Positions 1 to 9,257 of a stretch of DNA of 64,000 bases are shown piece by piece. The notes under the pieces are model-generated. The model saw only the letters and a program-made list of their open reading frames with translations. It was not told the DNA's origin and searched no databases. Both the position numbers and the translations under genes were made by a program. Origin of the DNA: Thermoproteota archaeon (GTDB lineage: Archaea; Korarchaeota; Korarchaeia; Korarchaeales; Korarchaeaceae). Every line of letters begins with the position of its first letter. Position 1 is the first letter of the stretch. Where the stretch lies: the NCBI GenBank assembly GCA_026986575.1, contig JALSOH010000004.1:128001-192000 (forward strand). Direction: 5' to 3'.

Positions 1-97
1 GGGTGACATAGTGGTAAGATACACACACCAACAGGTTCAGTGGCTGGTGGAGAAGGGATACATACCCGAGGACTGGGCGCTCTATAAGGAGGGCTGA
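1..97 (+). CDS. eif1a: translation initiation factor aIF-1A, C-terminal part (partial)
   Basis: Frame 2 reads GDIVVRYTHQQVQWLVEKGYI...*, typical of the aIF-1A C-terminus; lies upstream of RIO1 in the conserved archaeal order. Confidence 0.8.
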   Translation, partial: GDIVVRYTHQQVQWLVEKGYIPEDWALYKEG

Positions 98-115
98 TTC
101 GAGGGAGATTTCAGC

Positions 116-904
116 TTGTCCGACAGGTTCGAGGAGCTGGAGGAGAGGATAGAAGAACTGCTGGAGAAGGATCGCGGCAAGAAGAGGATTAAAGATGAAG
201 AGTATTTCAAGGTAAGGCAATTGGCCTTCGATAACAGGACGATAAGGTCCCTCCTGAAGCTGTTCAATAAGGGAGTGCTGGACGATCTGACATGGGTCAT
301 CAGCGCTGGAAAGGAATCCCTTGTCTTGGCCGGAAGGGGACCCGAGGGCGAGCTAGCGATCAAAATATACAGGATCTATACAGCTAATTTCAGGAAGTAC
401 TTGGACTACATCATAGGAGACCATAGATTTCCTCCTGTCAAGGATCGAGACAAAATCATACCCCTGTGGGCGAAGAAGGAGTTTAGAAACCTCAAGAGAC
501 TGAGGGATGTGGGAGTGAGGGTGCCCAAGCCCGTAGATGTTGTAGGGAACGTACTGGTGATGGGGTTCATAGGCAGAGAGGGGGTACCTGCCCCTCTCCT
601 GAAGGACACTGATCTAGAGGATCCTGAGAGATACCTCAAGGAGATACTTGAGGATATAAGGAAGTCTTACGTAAAGGCTGACCTAGTGCACGGGGATCTC
701 AGCGAGTATAACGTGATGGTGTGGGAGGACCATCCTTGGATCATAGATGTGTCCCAAGCGGTGGTCACAGTGCACCCTTTATCCTTCTCATTGCTCCTAA
801 GGGACTTGGAGAGGGTCACCTCATTTTTTAAAAAGCGATACCGGATAGATGTCCCGGACCCTTACAAGCTTGCCGAGGAGCTTGCTAGGACTAAGGAAGT
901 TTGA
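116..904 (+). CDS. rio1: RIO1-family serine protein kinase
   Basis: ISAGKES, AIKIY, WAKKEFRNL, HGDLSEYN and IDVSQ motifs. Confidence 0.95.
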   Translation: MSDRFEELEERIEELLEKDRGKKRIKDEEYFKVRQLAFDNRTIRSLLKLFNKGVLDDLTWVISAGKESLVLAGRGPEGELAIKIYRIYTANFRKYLDYIIGDHRFPPVKDRDKIIPLWAKKEFRNLKRLRDVGVRVPKPVDVVGNVLVMGFIGREGVPAPLLKDTDLEDPERYLKEILEDIRKSYVKADLVHGDLSEYNVMVWEDHPWIIDVSQAVVTVHPLSFSLLLRDLERVTSFFKKRYRIDVPDPYKLAEELARTKEV

Positions 905-919
905 GAGGGGGTCTTACTC

Positions 920-1516
920 TTGCAGGAGATCAGGGTCAGGATACCAAAAGACAGGATAGGAGTTCTGATAGGCAAGAGGGGTTCCACCAAGGCCATGATA
1001 GAGGAGCTCACCGGAGCCGAGATTGTGGTCGACAGCGGGACTGGAGAGGTCCTAATAAGGTTCCCTGATATTCCGGAGGATCCTCTAATGCCGATGAAGC
1101 TCGAATCTGTGATAAGGGCGATAGGCAGAGGTTTCAATCCTGAGATAGCGCTGAAGCTCCTGCAGGACGACTATGTGCTCGAGATCATAGATATAAGGAG
1201 GTTTGTTGGTGCTAGGAAGAATGCTTTGAAGAGAATGAGAGGGAGGCTAATCGGAGAGAAGGGGAAGGCTCGTTCCTACATAGAGAGCAGGACCAACACA
1301 CATATATCGGTTTACGGGCATACTGTCTCCATAATCGGAAGGACGTACGACGTCGTAGCCGCTAGAGAAGCGGTGTTCTCGCTGCTGGAGGGATCTATGC
1401 ACTCCACGGCCTACAGGGCCATGGAGAAGAAGATAGCTGAAATGAGTAAGAGGGCAATGCTCGATGAGAGTCTGCTGAGGAAGGCCCTCAAGGAGACTAT
1501 GAACGAGGAGAAGTGA
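920..1516 (+). CDS. KH-domain rRNA processing protein (Pno1/Dim2-like)
   Basis: Two KH GxxG motifs (IGKRG, IGEKG) and AIGRGF; rio1-KH-top6B synteny. Confidence 0.92.
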   Translation: MQEIRVRIPKDRIGVLIGKRGSTKAMIEELTGAEIVVDSGTGEVLIRFPDIPEDPLMPMKLESVIRAIGRGFNPEIALKLLQDDYVLEIIDIRRFVGARKNALKRMRGRLIGEKGKARSYIESRTNTHISVYGHTVSIIGRTYDVVAAREAVFSLLEGSMHSTAYRAMEKKIAEMSKRAMLDESLLRKALKETMNEEK

Positions 1517-1527
1517 GAGGTGTTTCT

Positions 1528-3090
1528 ATGTCCGAGGATGTGAGGCTCGAGGAGATAAGTGCTGCGGATTTCTTCTACAGAAATAAATCCTTAGCCGGGT
1601 TCGACAATCCTGTCAGAGCTACTTATACGATAGTCAGAGAGCTGGTGGAGAATGCTCTAGATGCGGCGGAGATGGCGGAAAATCCTCCGAAGATACAGGT
1701 AGTGATGGCTGGGTACAAGGAGAGGGACATGGGGTCCCTGCCCTGGTATAGGATAGTTGTCGCAGACAACGGAATAGGGTTAGGGCCAGATGAGATACCT
1801 AGAGCCTTCGGCAGAGTCTTCGTCAGTTCCAAATACAGGCTGATCCAGAGCAGAGGTACCTTCGGTCTCGGAGGAACTATGGCCCTCCTTTACGGGCAGA
1901 TAACTACGAATATGCCGTTCAAGGTAACGTCAGCTAAGAAGGGAGAGCCCGTTTATGAGATAACCATGATGATAGACATTCAGAAGAACGAGCCTGTGGT
2001 ACTGGACAGGAGGGTCTTAAAGGGCATATCTAGGGCTTCCTTCACTGTAGTGGAATCCTACTTCGAGGGTAATTACCCCAGGGCCAAGAGGAAGATAATA
2101 GATTACCTGCACCAGACGGCCATAGTCGTCCCCTACGCGGACATCACCTTCATGGACCCGGAAGGGAACTTCTACGTATTCCCCCGAAGTACTGACAGGC
2201 TGCCTCCCCGACCAAAGGAGGCGCTATATCATCCAAAGGGAGTGGATTTAGAGCTATTACAGAGGCTGCTGCAGGCAACGAAGGCACGCACCCTCAAGTC
2301 GTTCTTGACTAGGCACTTCCAGAGGGTAGGGGGTAAGACCGCCAGCGAGGTCCTGAAGATAGCTGGCTTGCCTCCAGATAAGAAGCCCTCCAAACTCACG
2401 AAGGAGGAGATAGAGAGGCTGTTTCGTGCGTTGAAGAGTTACGACAAGTTCCTCCCTCCCGACCCCAGCGTCCTATCTCCCCTAGGAGCGGACCTATTCG
2501 AGTCGGGTATAAAGAAGGAGTTGCGGCCTGAGTTCGTCAAAGCAGTTCAGAGACCGCCTTCAGTTTACGAGGCTCACCCTTTCATAGTAGAGACCGCCAT
2601 AGCCTATGGAGGGCAAATAAGACCTACGGGGGAGATACAGCTGTATAGGTACGCCAACAGGATACCCCTCCTCTACGACGTTTCAAGCGATGTATCATAC
2701 CAGATAATTAAGAGAATAGACTGGAGTAATTACGGCATAAAGAGTCCCGAGGATGAGCCGATCGTCTTCTTCGTTCACATAGTCTCCACTAAGGTTCCGT
2801 TTAAGACCGTAGGTAAGGAGTTCATAGCTAACGTACCTGAGGTGGCCAAGGAGATCGAGCTGGGGCTGAGAAACTGTGCTAGAGACCTGAGGATCTTCCT
2901 GAGTCGTAAGAGAAGGAAGGAGATGCTAAGAAGGAGGTACGAGTTGTTCAGGATGTACTACCAGATAATAGCGGAGACCTTGGAGGAATTGCTCGGTGAG
3001 CGCCCTCCCGTGGAGAATCTGCTGGATAAGTTGAGGGTTAAAGTAGGTGATGAGGATGGAGGAGATGGAGGTCAAGAAGAGAGCCCTTGA
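1528..3090 (+). CDS. top6B: DNA topoisomerase VI subunit B
   Basis: GHKL motifs ELVENALDA, DNGIG, SRGTFGLG, plus RYANRIPL; start placed at ATG 1528. Confidence 0.97.
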   Translation: MSEDVRLEEISAADFFYRNKSLAGFDNPVRATYTIVRELVENALDAAEMAENPPKIQVVMAGYKERDMGSLPWYRIVVADNGIGLGPDEIPRAFGRVFVSSKYRLIQSRGTFGLGGTMALLYGQITTNMPFKVTSAKKGEPVYEITMMIDIQKNEPVVLDRRVLKGISRASFTVVESYFEGNYPRAKRKIIDYLHQTAIVVPYADITFMDPEGNFYVFPRSTDRLPPRPKEALYHPKGVDLELLQRLLQATKARTLKSFLTRHFQRVGGKTASEVLKIAGLPPDKKPSKLTKEEIERLFRALKSYDKFLPPDPSVLSPLGADLFESGIKKELRPEFVKAVQRPPSVYEAHPFIVETAIAYGGQIRPTGEIQLYRYANRIPLLYDVSSDVSYQIIKRIDWSNYGIKSPEDEPIVFFVHIVSTKVPFKTVGKEFIANVPEVAKEIELGLRNCARDLRIFLSRKRRKEMLRRRYELFRMYYQIIAETLEELLGERPPVENLLDKLRVKVGDEDGGDGGQEESP

Positions 3091-4156
3091 GCTAGCCAAG
3101 GAGATTGCCGAGAGGATAAAGCAGGGAGAGTTCCCCGAGATAGAATATCCCCCGAACAGTCAGAAGAACATACTGTTCGATGAGGACATAGGCTACATAT
3201 TCAGCCCCAAGACCTACAGTAAGATAAGAGGTTCTAGAGTGAAGAGTCTCAAGACTCTGGCTGGCGTCCTGTACGGACTGAGCAGGGCGCTAGATCACCT
3301 AGAGAACGGACTTACCATGACAAAAAGGGATTTCTACTATGTGCATAAAGTGGAGAGGCTCAAGGGAACTCTCTTTCCCGAGGATCAGAGGGAAACTGAT
3401 GCCAGAATAGTGCTTATGGAACTCATACTCGGAATGCCTAGGGAGGCCTTTTCCATAACAAGCGATCCCAGGGGATGGATCTACGGAGATATAGAGCTCA
3501 TTGACAGATCAGGAAGAATCCTGAGAGCCGATCAGGTGGGAGAGATGGGGTATTCCGTACCACCGAGGCCTGAGAACATAAAGTTCAAGAGGATTGGTGT
3601 CAAGGCAGTCGTCGCCATAGAGAAGGTGGGTCCTGCCAAGAACATGATCGAGTTAGGTATCCCCGAGGAGAGAAAGATCGCCATCGCGATTTTACAGGGA
3701 CAGGCTTCTAGGAGCATGAGGAGATTCCTGAGGATGCTATCTGATGAAGGGGTCCCAATTGCTATACTCACGGACTTGTCCCCTTGGTCCCTCAGGATAG
3801 CGGCCACCGTGATATACAACAGCATAAATTCCGCCCACATACCTTATCTAGCGTCTCCTGAGGCTAGATTCATTGGCATACTCACGAAGGATGTAGAGGT
3901 GGGGTTCTTCAGGGATTATCAGTTCGCCCTCGAACCCCTCACTCCCGCGGATCTCAAGGCCGCTCAGGACAATCAGTTCCTTCCCAACCTCCAGAACGAG
4001 TTCTGGCAGAGGGAGAATAGGTGGTTCTTGGAGAAAAAGAAGAAGGCAGAGATAGAGATATTTAAGGCCATGAGTCCCACTGCCAAGAAGCTGAAGGAAC
4101 TATTCGTCGAGTACTTGAGGGAGAAGCTGGATGAACACTTGGGAATAAGTATCTGA
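3047..4156 (+). CDS. top6A: DNA topoisomerase VI subunit A
   Basis: RDFYY catalytic Tyr, IEK and KAEIE motifs; follows top6B; Toprim DxD reads DLS. Confidence 0.9.
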   Translation: MMRMEEMEVKKRALELAKEIAERIKQGEFPEIEYPPNSQKNILFDEDIGYIFSPKTYSKIRGSRVKSLKTLAGVLYGLSRALDHLENGLTMTKRDFYYVHKVERLKGTLFPEDQRETDARIVLMELILGMPREAFSITSDPRGWIYGDIELIDRSGRILRADQVGEMGYSVPPRPENIKFKRIGVKAVVAIEKVGPAKNMIELGIPEERKIAIAILQGQASRSMRRFLRMLSDEGVPIAILTDLSPWSLRIAATVIYNSINSAHIPYLASPEARFIGILTKDVEVGFFRDYQFALEPLTPADLKAAQDNQFLPNLQNEFWQRENRWFLEKKKKAEIEIFKAMSPTAKKLKELFVEYLREKLDEHLGISI

Positions 4157-4252
4157 TCCTCACTCTCCTATCTTCAATTCGAGAATTAGGGTCTCTCCTC
4201 GACGAGGGGCCTCATAACATTTTTATTGGGGTTATACTTATAGGTGGATTGG

Positions 4253-4330
4253 GCTCCGGTGGTGTAGCCCGGTCAAGCATAGGGGCCTTTCGAGCCCCAG
4301 ACCCGGGTTCAAATCCCGGCCGGAGCACCA
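4253..4330 (+). tRNA. tRNA-Glu(TTC)
   Basis: Cloverleaf; anticodon arm GGGGC-CTTTCGA-GCCCC; encoded CCA. Confidence 0.95.
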
Positions 4331-4420
4331 GCGGGGGTAGCCAAGCCAGGTCCAAGGCGCCGGATTCAGGGTCCGGTGGGCGTCAGGCCCGCGTGGGTTC
4401 GAATCCCACCCCCCGCACCA
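4331..4420 (+). tRNA. tRNA-Leu(CAG)
   Basis: CCGGA-TTCAGGG-TCCGG arm, long variable arm, encoded CCA. Confidence 0.95.
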
Positions 4421-4464
4421 CTTGTGATCAAATTTTATAGGGAGGATGATAACTAACCTGTCGA

Positions 4465-4540
4465 AGCCCCGTGGTGTAGCGGCCAAGCACGCCGGGCTTT
4501 GAACCCGGAGACCCCGGTTCGAATCCGGGCGGGGCTACCA
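4465..4540 (+). tRNA. tRNA-Gln(TTG)
   Basis: CCGGG-CTTTGAA-CCCGG arm, A1-U72 pair, encoded CCA. Confidence 0.95.
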
Positions 4541-4575
4541 CCTCCCCCTTCCCTTCCTCCAACCATCCTAAGTGA

Positions 4576-5067
4576 GTGGTATGGATGTGCGACGCCAAGT
4601 TCCTTGTTGACTCAATGGGCGGGAAACTAGCGAAGTGGCTGAGACTACTGGGATGTGACACCGAGTATGTGGATCCCAGAGAGGAGGACTCCTTGATACT
4701 TAGGTCTTCAATCGGCAGGATACTGGTCACTAGGGATAGGGAACTTGTCAAGAGGGCGATTAACTACGGAATTAAGGTGGTAAATGTCCCTGAGCGATTG
4801 GAAGAGGCTCTGGCCATTCTATCAGCGAGCGCAGGGGTGAGGTTGAGGATCAATCCCAAGGAGAGCAGGTGCCCGTTCTGCAACACCAAGTTAGATATCA
4901 TCAAGAGGGCTCAAGTGGTCAAGGAGCTACCTAGGGAGGTCCTCCGCTCCCACATTAAGTTTCTAGTATGCCCGTCATGTGGAAATGTCTTCTGGTTCGG
5001 GACGCATTACTGGAATATGCTCAAGACCCTATCCAAGGTAAAGAAGAAAAGGCGTTCCCTCCAATAG
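4576..5067 (+). CDS. Mut7-C RNase domain protein (DUF82)
   Basis: FLVDSM..KLAKWLRLLG.DT, LVTRD, and a CPFCN...CPSCG..FW.G.H zinc ribbon. Confidence 0.9.
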   Translation: MVWMCDAKFLVDSMGGKLAKWLRLLGCDTEYVDPREEDSLILRSSIGRILVTRDRELVKRAINYGIKVVNVPERLEEALAILSASAGVRLRINPKESRCPFCNTKLDIIKRAQVVKELPREVLRSHIKFLVCPSCGNVFWFGTHYWNMLKTLSKVKKKRRSLQ

Positions 5068-5071
5068 TCTA

Positions 5072-5136
5072 GGGGACCGGTGATGACAGGTGACGGCAAT
5101 GATTCGTGAGAAAACTGACCTACTCTGAGGTCCTCC
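5072..5136 (+). ncRNA. candidate box C/D sRNA (16S helix 34 guides)
   Basis: Intergenic; GGACC/GGTCC terminal stem, C box GTGATGA, D' ATGA, D box CTGA; guides pair imperfectly with 16S 17551-17559 and 17700-17707. Confidence 0.7.
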
Positions 5137-5217
5137 CATACAATTCGAGTCAGACCAAAGGAATTTATGTAGCTCTCCTCTCCCCCTCGGGGTGATATCA
5201 CGGATAGACTATCGCTA

Positions 5218-6336
5218 GTGCTAAGGGGCGTGGCGGAGCCGCTGGATGAGTTCGTCATGACTCTGGATGAGATAAAGGAGTTGCTCAAGACGGGACGGCA
5301 TAACACATACGTGGGTTATGAGCCATCCGGCCCGATCCATTTAGGTACGCTCATCACGCTCTATAAGCTGAAGGATATGGTAGAAGCGGGATTTCACGCA
5401 ATAGCTTTAATGGCGGATATCCATGCGATCCTCAATTTGAAGGGGCCTAGAGAGCTTATAGAGGAGGTTTCGATGACCTACTGGAAGACGGTGTTCCATG
5501 AGCTTGGCTCTCCAGAAATAGAGATAAAACTCGGTAGTAGCTTCGAACTGTCTCCCGACTATGTTTTAGACCTCCTATCGCTATCTCAGAGGGTAACTGC
5601 TAGAAGGGCCTGGAGGGCCATGTCGATAATAGCTAGAGAGCAGGAGGACCCCCTAGTATCCCACCACATCTATCCTTTGATGCAGGCCCTTGACATCCTG
5701 TACCTCCGGGTCAAGGTGGCCATCGGAGGGACAGATCAGAGAAAAATACATGCCCTAGCTAGGGACATATTCTCGACGAATGTTCCCCTCAGGGTTGAGA
5801 AATACGTACCGTCAGCCATACACACCCCGCTGCTGACGGGGCTGACGGGGGGTAAGATGAGTAGCAGCATTCCCAAGTCGCACATAGCCGTTCACGATCC
5901 ACCTGAGATCATAAGGGAGAAGATAAAGCACGCTTACTGCCCTCCCGGATCTGAAGACCAATATGATGAGGAGGGCAGATTGAAGAACCCGATACTGGGC
6001 ATAATGAGGTATATAATACTTCCAAGATCCGGAAGCGTCATCCTGCCGAAGTCTAAGGCCGCTGGTGGTGGAGAGATCGAGATTTCCAGCTATGAAGAGT
6101 TGGAGAGCAGTTACAGGAGAGGCGAGATACATCCGCTGGACTTGAAGAACTTTGTGGCTGAGTATCTGGTGGACGAATTCGCTGGATTGAGGGAGAAGTT
6201 GGTGTCCGATAGTGGGTTGATAGAGCCTCTCTACAGGCTGCAGAAGTGGCAGAAAGAGAGAGGTTTGTTCGGGGACTTGGAGTGGAAGGAGGTCCTCAGA
6301 TCATACCGCCCCTACTTGGGAGACTCTATCTCATAA
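5218..6336 (+). CDS. tyrS: tyrosine--tRNA ligase
   Basis: YVGYEPSGPIHLG, YPLMQALD, GGTDQRKIH, KMSSS, HPLDLK. Confidence 0.96.
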   Translation: MLRGVAEPLDEFVMTLDEIKELLKTGRHNTYVGYEPSGPIHLGTLITLYKLKDMVEAGFHAIALMADIHAILNLKGPRELIEEVSMTYWKTVFHELGSPEIEIKLGSSFELSPDYVLDLLSLSQRVTARRAWRAMSIIAREQEDPLVSHHIYPLMQALDILYLRVKVAIGGTDQRKIHALARDIFSTNVPLRVEKYVPSAIHTPLLTGLTGGKMSSSIPKSHIAVHDPPEIIREKIKHAYCPPGSEDQYDEEGRLKNPILGIMRYIILPRSGSVILPKSKAAGGGEIEISSYEELESSYRRGEIHPLDLKNFVAEYLVDEFAGLREKLVSDSGLIEPLYRLQKWQKERGLFGDLEWKEVLRSYRPYLGDSIS

Positions 6337-6380
6337 GGGGGATTCCCCCGAAATTTTTAGGGGAGATATGGTCAGAAGAG

Positions 6381-6449
6381 GGGGCTGTGATGATAGCTCC
6401 ACAGACGGATTATCACGAAAATGAGGAGACTCTCCGCTCCTGAGCCCCC
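6381..6449 (+). ncRNA. box C/D sRNA (23S dual guide)
   Basis: GGGGC/GCCCC stem; C GTGATGA, D' CGGA, C' ATGAGGA, D CTGA; guides complementary to adjacent 23S sites 20421-20430 and 20404-20412. Confidence 0.85.
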
Positions 6450-6483
6450 TTGATCGAGAAAATTGAGGGGTCGAGGAGATAGG

Positions 6484-7368
6484 TCAGGAGACCTTCTCCT
6501 GCAGGGCCTTGGCGGCAGCCGCCGCCCTCCTTATCAGCAGAGGTATGGTCTTGTCGCTGAGCCACGCAGCCTCTAGGGCCAGAGCTAAAGCCCTCGCGAC
6601 AGCCCTCTCCGTGAGAGGTCTCACTGTGTGCCTGTTTATCTCGCCCATCTCCAAGGCCAAGTTCAGGGCGGCAGAGTGGGCCCTGACGACCATCTCTATT
6701 ATGTCCTCCTTGGTGATCGAGAGGAGTTCCGGTAGGTAGAGAAGCCCGTCCTCGTCTATAGCCGCGGTCACCTTGAAACCGACCTTCAGGGGCTTTATGT
6801 TGAGGTTCCTGAGTAAGTCAGCAACCTGTGGGGAGGCGGTCTCACCTTTCTTAAGTATCGTAAAGTCCTCTGATATCGCTATCTTGCCCCCCTGTATCTT
6901 AGTGGGTATCCCCATGGCTCTTAGATCTGTGAGAATAGGTCCAGGAGCTATGTCCGTGGGTCCCTTAGGTATGATTACGTCCTCCTCAGCTACGTCGCCG
7001 GGTTTGAGGAAGACCTCTGCCTTTCTCTCGGTTACTAGCCTGTAGGTCTCGAACGGGTCTTTCTTGCTGAAAATAGCGACTAAGCTCATCGGCATTCTCT
7101 TGACTAACTCTTGGATGCCCTTCCTGTCCATTTTCTCGGCTGCCTTCTGAACAAGCCTCTTCTTTATCACGAAGAACTTTATGTCAGGAGCCAGCTCTTT
7201 TCTCACCCGCTGAAAATGATCAGCTGGCACCCTAGCGAAGTCAGCCAGCATTATAGTGGGGTACTCCTTGGCTAGCTCTATGAACCTCTCCATCATCTTA
7301 GCTTTCCTTATCCTCTGAGGACTCTGCTTCCTCCTTACCTCTCCAGTAACGGTTGACATGGGGATCAC
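6484..7368 (-). CDS. rpl10: 50S ribosomal protein L10 (P0)
   Basis: KPGDVA..DV.IPKGPT..PGP, TKIQGGKI; L11-L1-L10 order. Confidence 0.95.
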   Translation of the reverse strand: MIPMSTVTGEVRRKQSPQRIRKAKMMERFIELAKEYPTIMLADFARVPADHFQRVRKELAPDIKFFVIKKRLVQKAAEKMDRKGIQELVKRMPMSLVAIFSKKDPFETYRLVTERKAEVFLKPGDVAEEDVIIPKGPTDIAPGPILTDLRAMGIPTKIQGGKIAISEDFTILKKGETASPQVADLLRNLNIKPLKVGFKVTAAIDEDGLLYLPELLSITKEDIIEMVVRAHSAALNLALEMGEINRHTVRPLTERAVARALALALEAAWLSDKTIPLLIRRAAAAAKALQEKVS

Positions 7369-8057
7369 CTCCTCTTAGTGTAGGATATAGGGAGCTCGTA
7401 CGCTGGACCCATCGTCGTCTTCACATACACCTTGGCTATCTTGGAGGGATCCTCGTATTTCCTCTCTATCACGGATAGTACCGCCTTTATATTTTCCAGT
7501 AGTTCCTCGGGAGTCATGTTCCTAGATCCCACCTTCACATGAACCACGGGCTGATCCTTCATCCTTATCCTCACGGACCTCCTCAGCTTCTCTATCATGG
7601 CAGGTAGCTGAGATACCGCCGCTGCTGGGAGATTAACCGGCATCTTGTTTCTAGGACCGAAGACGGGACCTATGTACCTGACTATCCTAGGCAGGATGTC
7701 GGCTTGAGCTATGAAGAATTCGTACTCATTTGCTAGCTTTTTCAGTGCCCTCTTGTTACCGGCTAGTGTCTCTATCTCCTCCGGCTCAATTACCCTATCT
7801 GCTCCAGCCTCTTTAGCCTTGACCGCGAACTCCCCTTTCCCTATCACAGCTACCTTGATGGGCCTGTTCCTCGGCGGGTGAGGCAGCTCTACTATCTCGT
7901 TTATCTTCGCATTGGGATTCCTCTTGAGGTCTATTCCCCTGAGGAGGACCACTATATCAACAGCCTCGGTGAACCTCCTCTTAGGACTTTTCTCAAGCAT
8001 TTCAGAGATTACCTTCAACACCTCGTCTTCAATCAACACCTGAGACATCTCAACCAC
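7365..8057 (-). CDS. rpl1: 50S ribosomal protein L1
   Basis: RRFTEAVD, GPRNKMP, VYVKTTMGP. Confidence 0.96.
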   Translation of the reverse strand: MVEMSQVLIEDEVLKVISEMLEKSPKRRFTEAVDIVVLLRGIDLKRNPNAKINEIVELPHPPRNRPIKVAVIGKGEFAVKAKEAGADRVIEPEEIETLAGNKRALKKLANEYEFFIAQADILPRIVRYIGPVFGPRNKMPVNLPAAAVSQLPAMIEKLRRSVRIRMKDQPVVHVKVGSRNMTPEELLENIKAVLSVIERKYEDPSKIAKVYVKTTMGPAYELPISYTKRR

Positions 8058-8541
8058 CTATTACCTCATCCCAAGCTCCAGAATCTATTTCTCTCTGAAT
8101 CTCACGGGGGTCCTTCCCTTCCACGGTTACGCCCATAGATAGAGCCGTCCCCAATACCTGCTTCACCATCTTTTTGAGATCACTCGTATTAGCGTTCTCT
8201 AGTTTGGTCCTGGCTATCTTCACCACCTGATCCATCTTGAGATCTCCAATCCTCTTGGAGCCCGGATCGGAAGATCCCTTCTCCGCTCCCAATTCCCTGA
8301 GGATGAGCATGGAGGTAGGGGGAGTTCCTACCCTGACTTCGAACTCCTTACTCTCTAGGTCGATCTCTATCTCCACCGGAACCTTCATGCCAGCGTACTC
8401 CTTGGTCTTATCGTTTATCTCCTTGACCACGAGCCCCATGTTGAGGCCTAGACCTCCCAACGCGGGACCCAGTGGAGGACCGGGTGTGGCCTTTCCACCC
8501 TCTATCATAACCTTAACTACCTTCTTAGGCACTCTGAGCAC
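8050..8541 (-). CDS. rpl11: 50S ribosomal protein L11
   Basis: GGKATPGPPLGPALG, GTALSMG. Confidence 0.97.
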   Translation of the reverse strand: MLRVPKKVVKVMIEGGKATPGPPLGPALGGLGLNMGLVVKEINDKTKEYAGMKVPVEIEIDLESKEFEVRVGTPPTSMLILRELGAEKGSSDPGSKRIGDLKMDQVVKIARTKLENANTSDLKKMVKQVLGTALSMGVTVEGKDPREIQREIDSGAWDEVIGG

Positions 8542-9034
8542 CTCCCTCAGCCTCTTCTCCCTTCTTCTCTACCAGTTTCACGTTTGTTAGGGGCATTTTT
8601 ATCTCCCAGTCCCTGTCTATGTCCAACAACTTCAGGGTGAGCATCTTTCCCCTGCCACCCTCAGGGACCGAGAGCACGACGGCCCTATAGCCTTTGAAAT
8701 TCCCTTTAATAATCTTCACTATATCCCCAGGCTCTATCTCTATAGCAGCCGTTTCGGAGGCAATCAAGTTCTCTATCTCTTGGAGTGGAATGGGGCTCGT
8801 TGATGCGAGTTTAACCTTGGTAAGGCCCCTAATTAGCCTCCTAACCTCGTACTCCCTGTCTGACTCGATGAACAGATACCCCTTGAACTTCGGTATGAAG
8901 AGAATGGACTTTACCTTGGCTCCCGTAGAGGATACCCTCGCCATGAGCAGGCGTATTATGTTTATTTCTTTTCCTGAAACTATTCTGACTGGAAAAAAGA
9001 GTGCCTGGGATTGCTGGCTCTCCATCCTAGCCAC
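8525..9034 (-). CDS. spt5: transcription elongation factor Spt5 (NusG)
   Basis: NGN domain (KGYLFIE) and KOW motif (PGDIVKIIKGNFKG). Confidence 0.92.
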   Translation of the reverse strand: MARMESQQSQALFFPVRIVSGKEINIIRLLMARVSSTGAKVKSILFIPKFKGYLFIESDREYEVRRLIRGLTKVKLASTSPIPLQEIENLIASETAAIEIEPGDIVKIIKGNFKGYRAVVLSVPEGGRGKMLTLKLLDIDRDWEIKMPLTNVKLVEKKGEEAEGGAQSA

Positions 9035-9257
9035 CCACTAGGTAGAGCGCCGCTAGCTGGAACAGGAAGCCTATTACACCGACTATAAGGAAGCCCGTCA
9101 CGGTCACCTTGAACGTGCTCCACACCTCTTCCCAGCTCGGTTTCTCCGCGACCTTGAGCGTCTGGACTATGTAATCCCACAGTCCAGACCTGCTTTTGGT
9201 GGGCTGCTTACCTCTCTGATCCCTCTTCCTAGGCATGGGACATCCCTCACAACTCAT
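9027..9257 (-). CDS. secE: protein translocase SecE/Sec61-gamma
   Basis: LKVAEKPSWEE..T.KVT..G..G.IGF; ftsZ-secE-spt5 synteny. Confidence 0.9.
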   Translation of the reverse strand: MSCEGCPMPRKRDQRGKQPTKSRSGLWDYIVQTLKVAEKPSWEEVWSTFKVTVTGFLIVGVIGFLFQLAALYLVGG

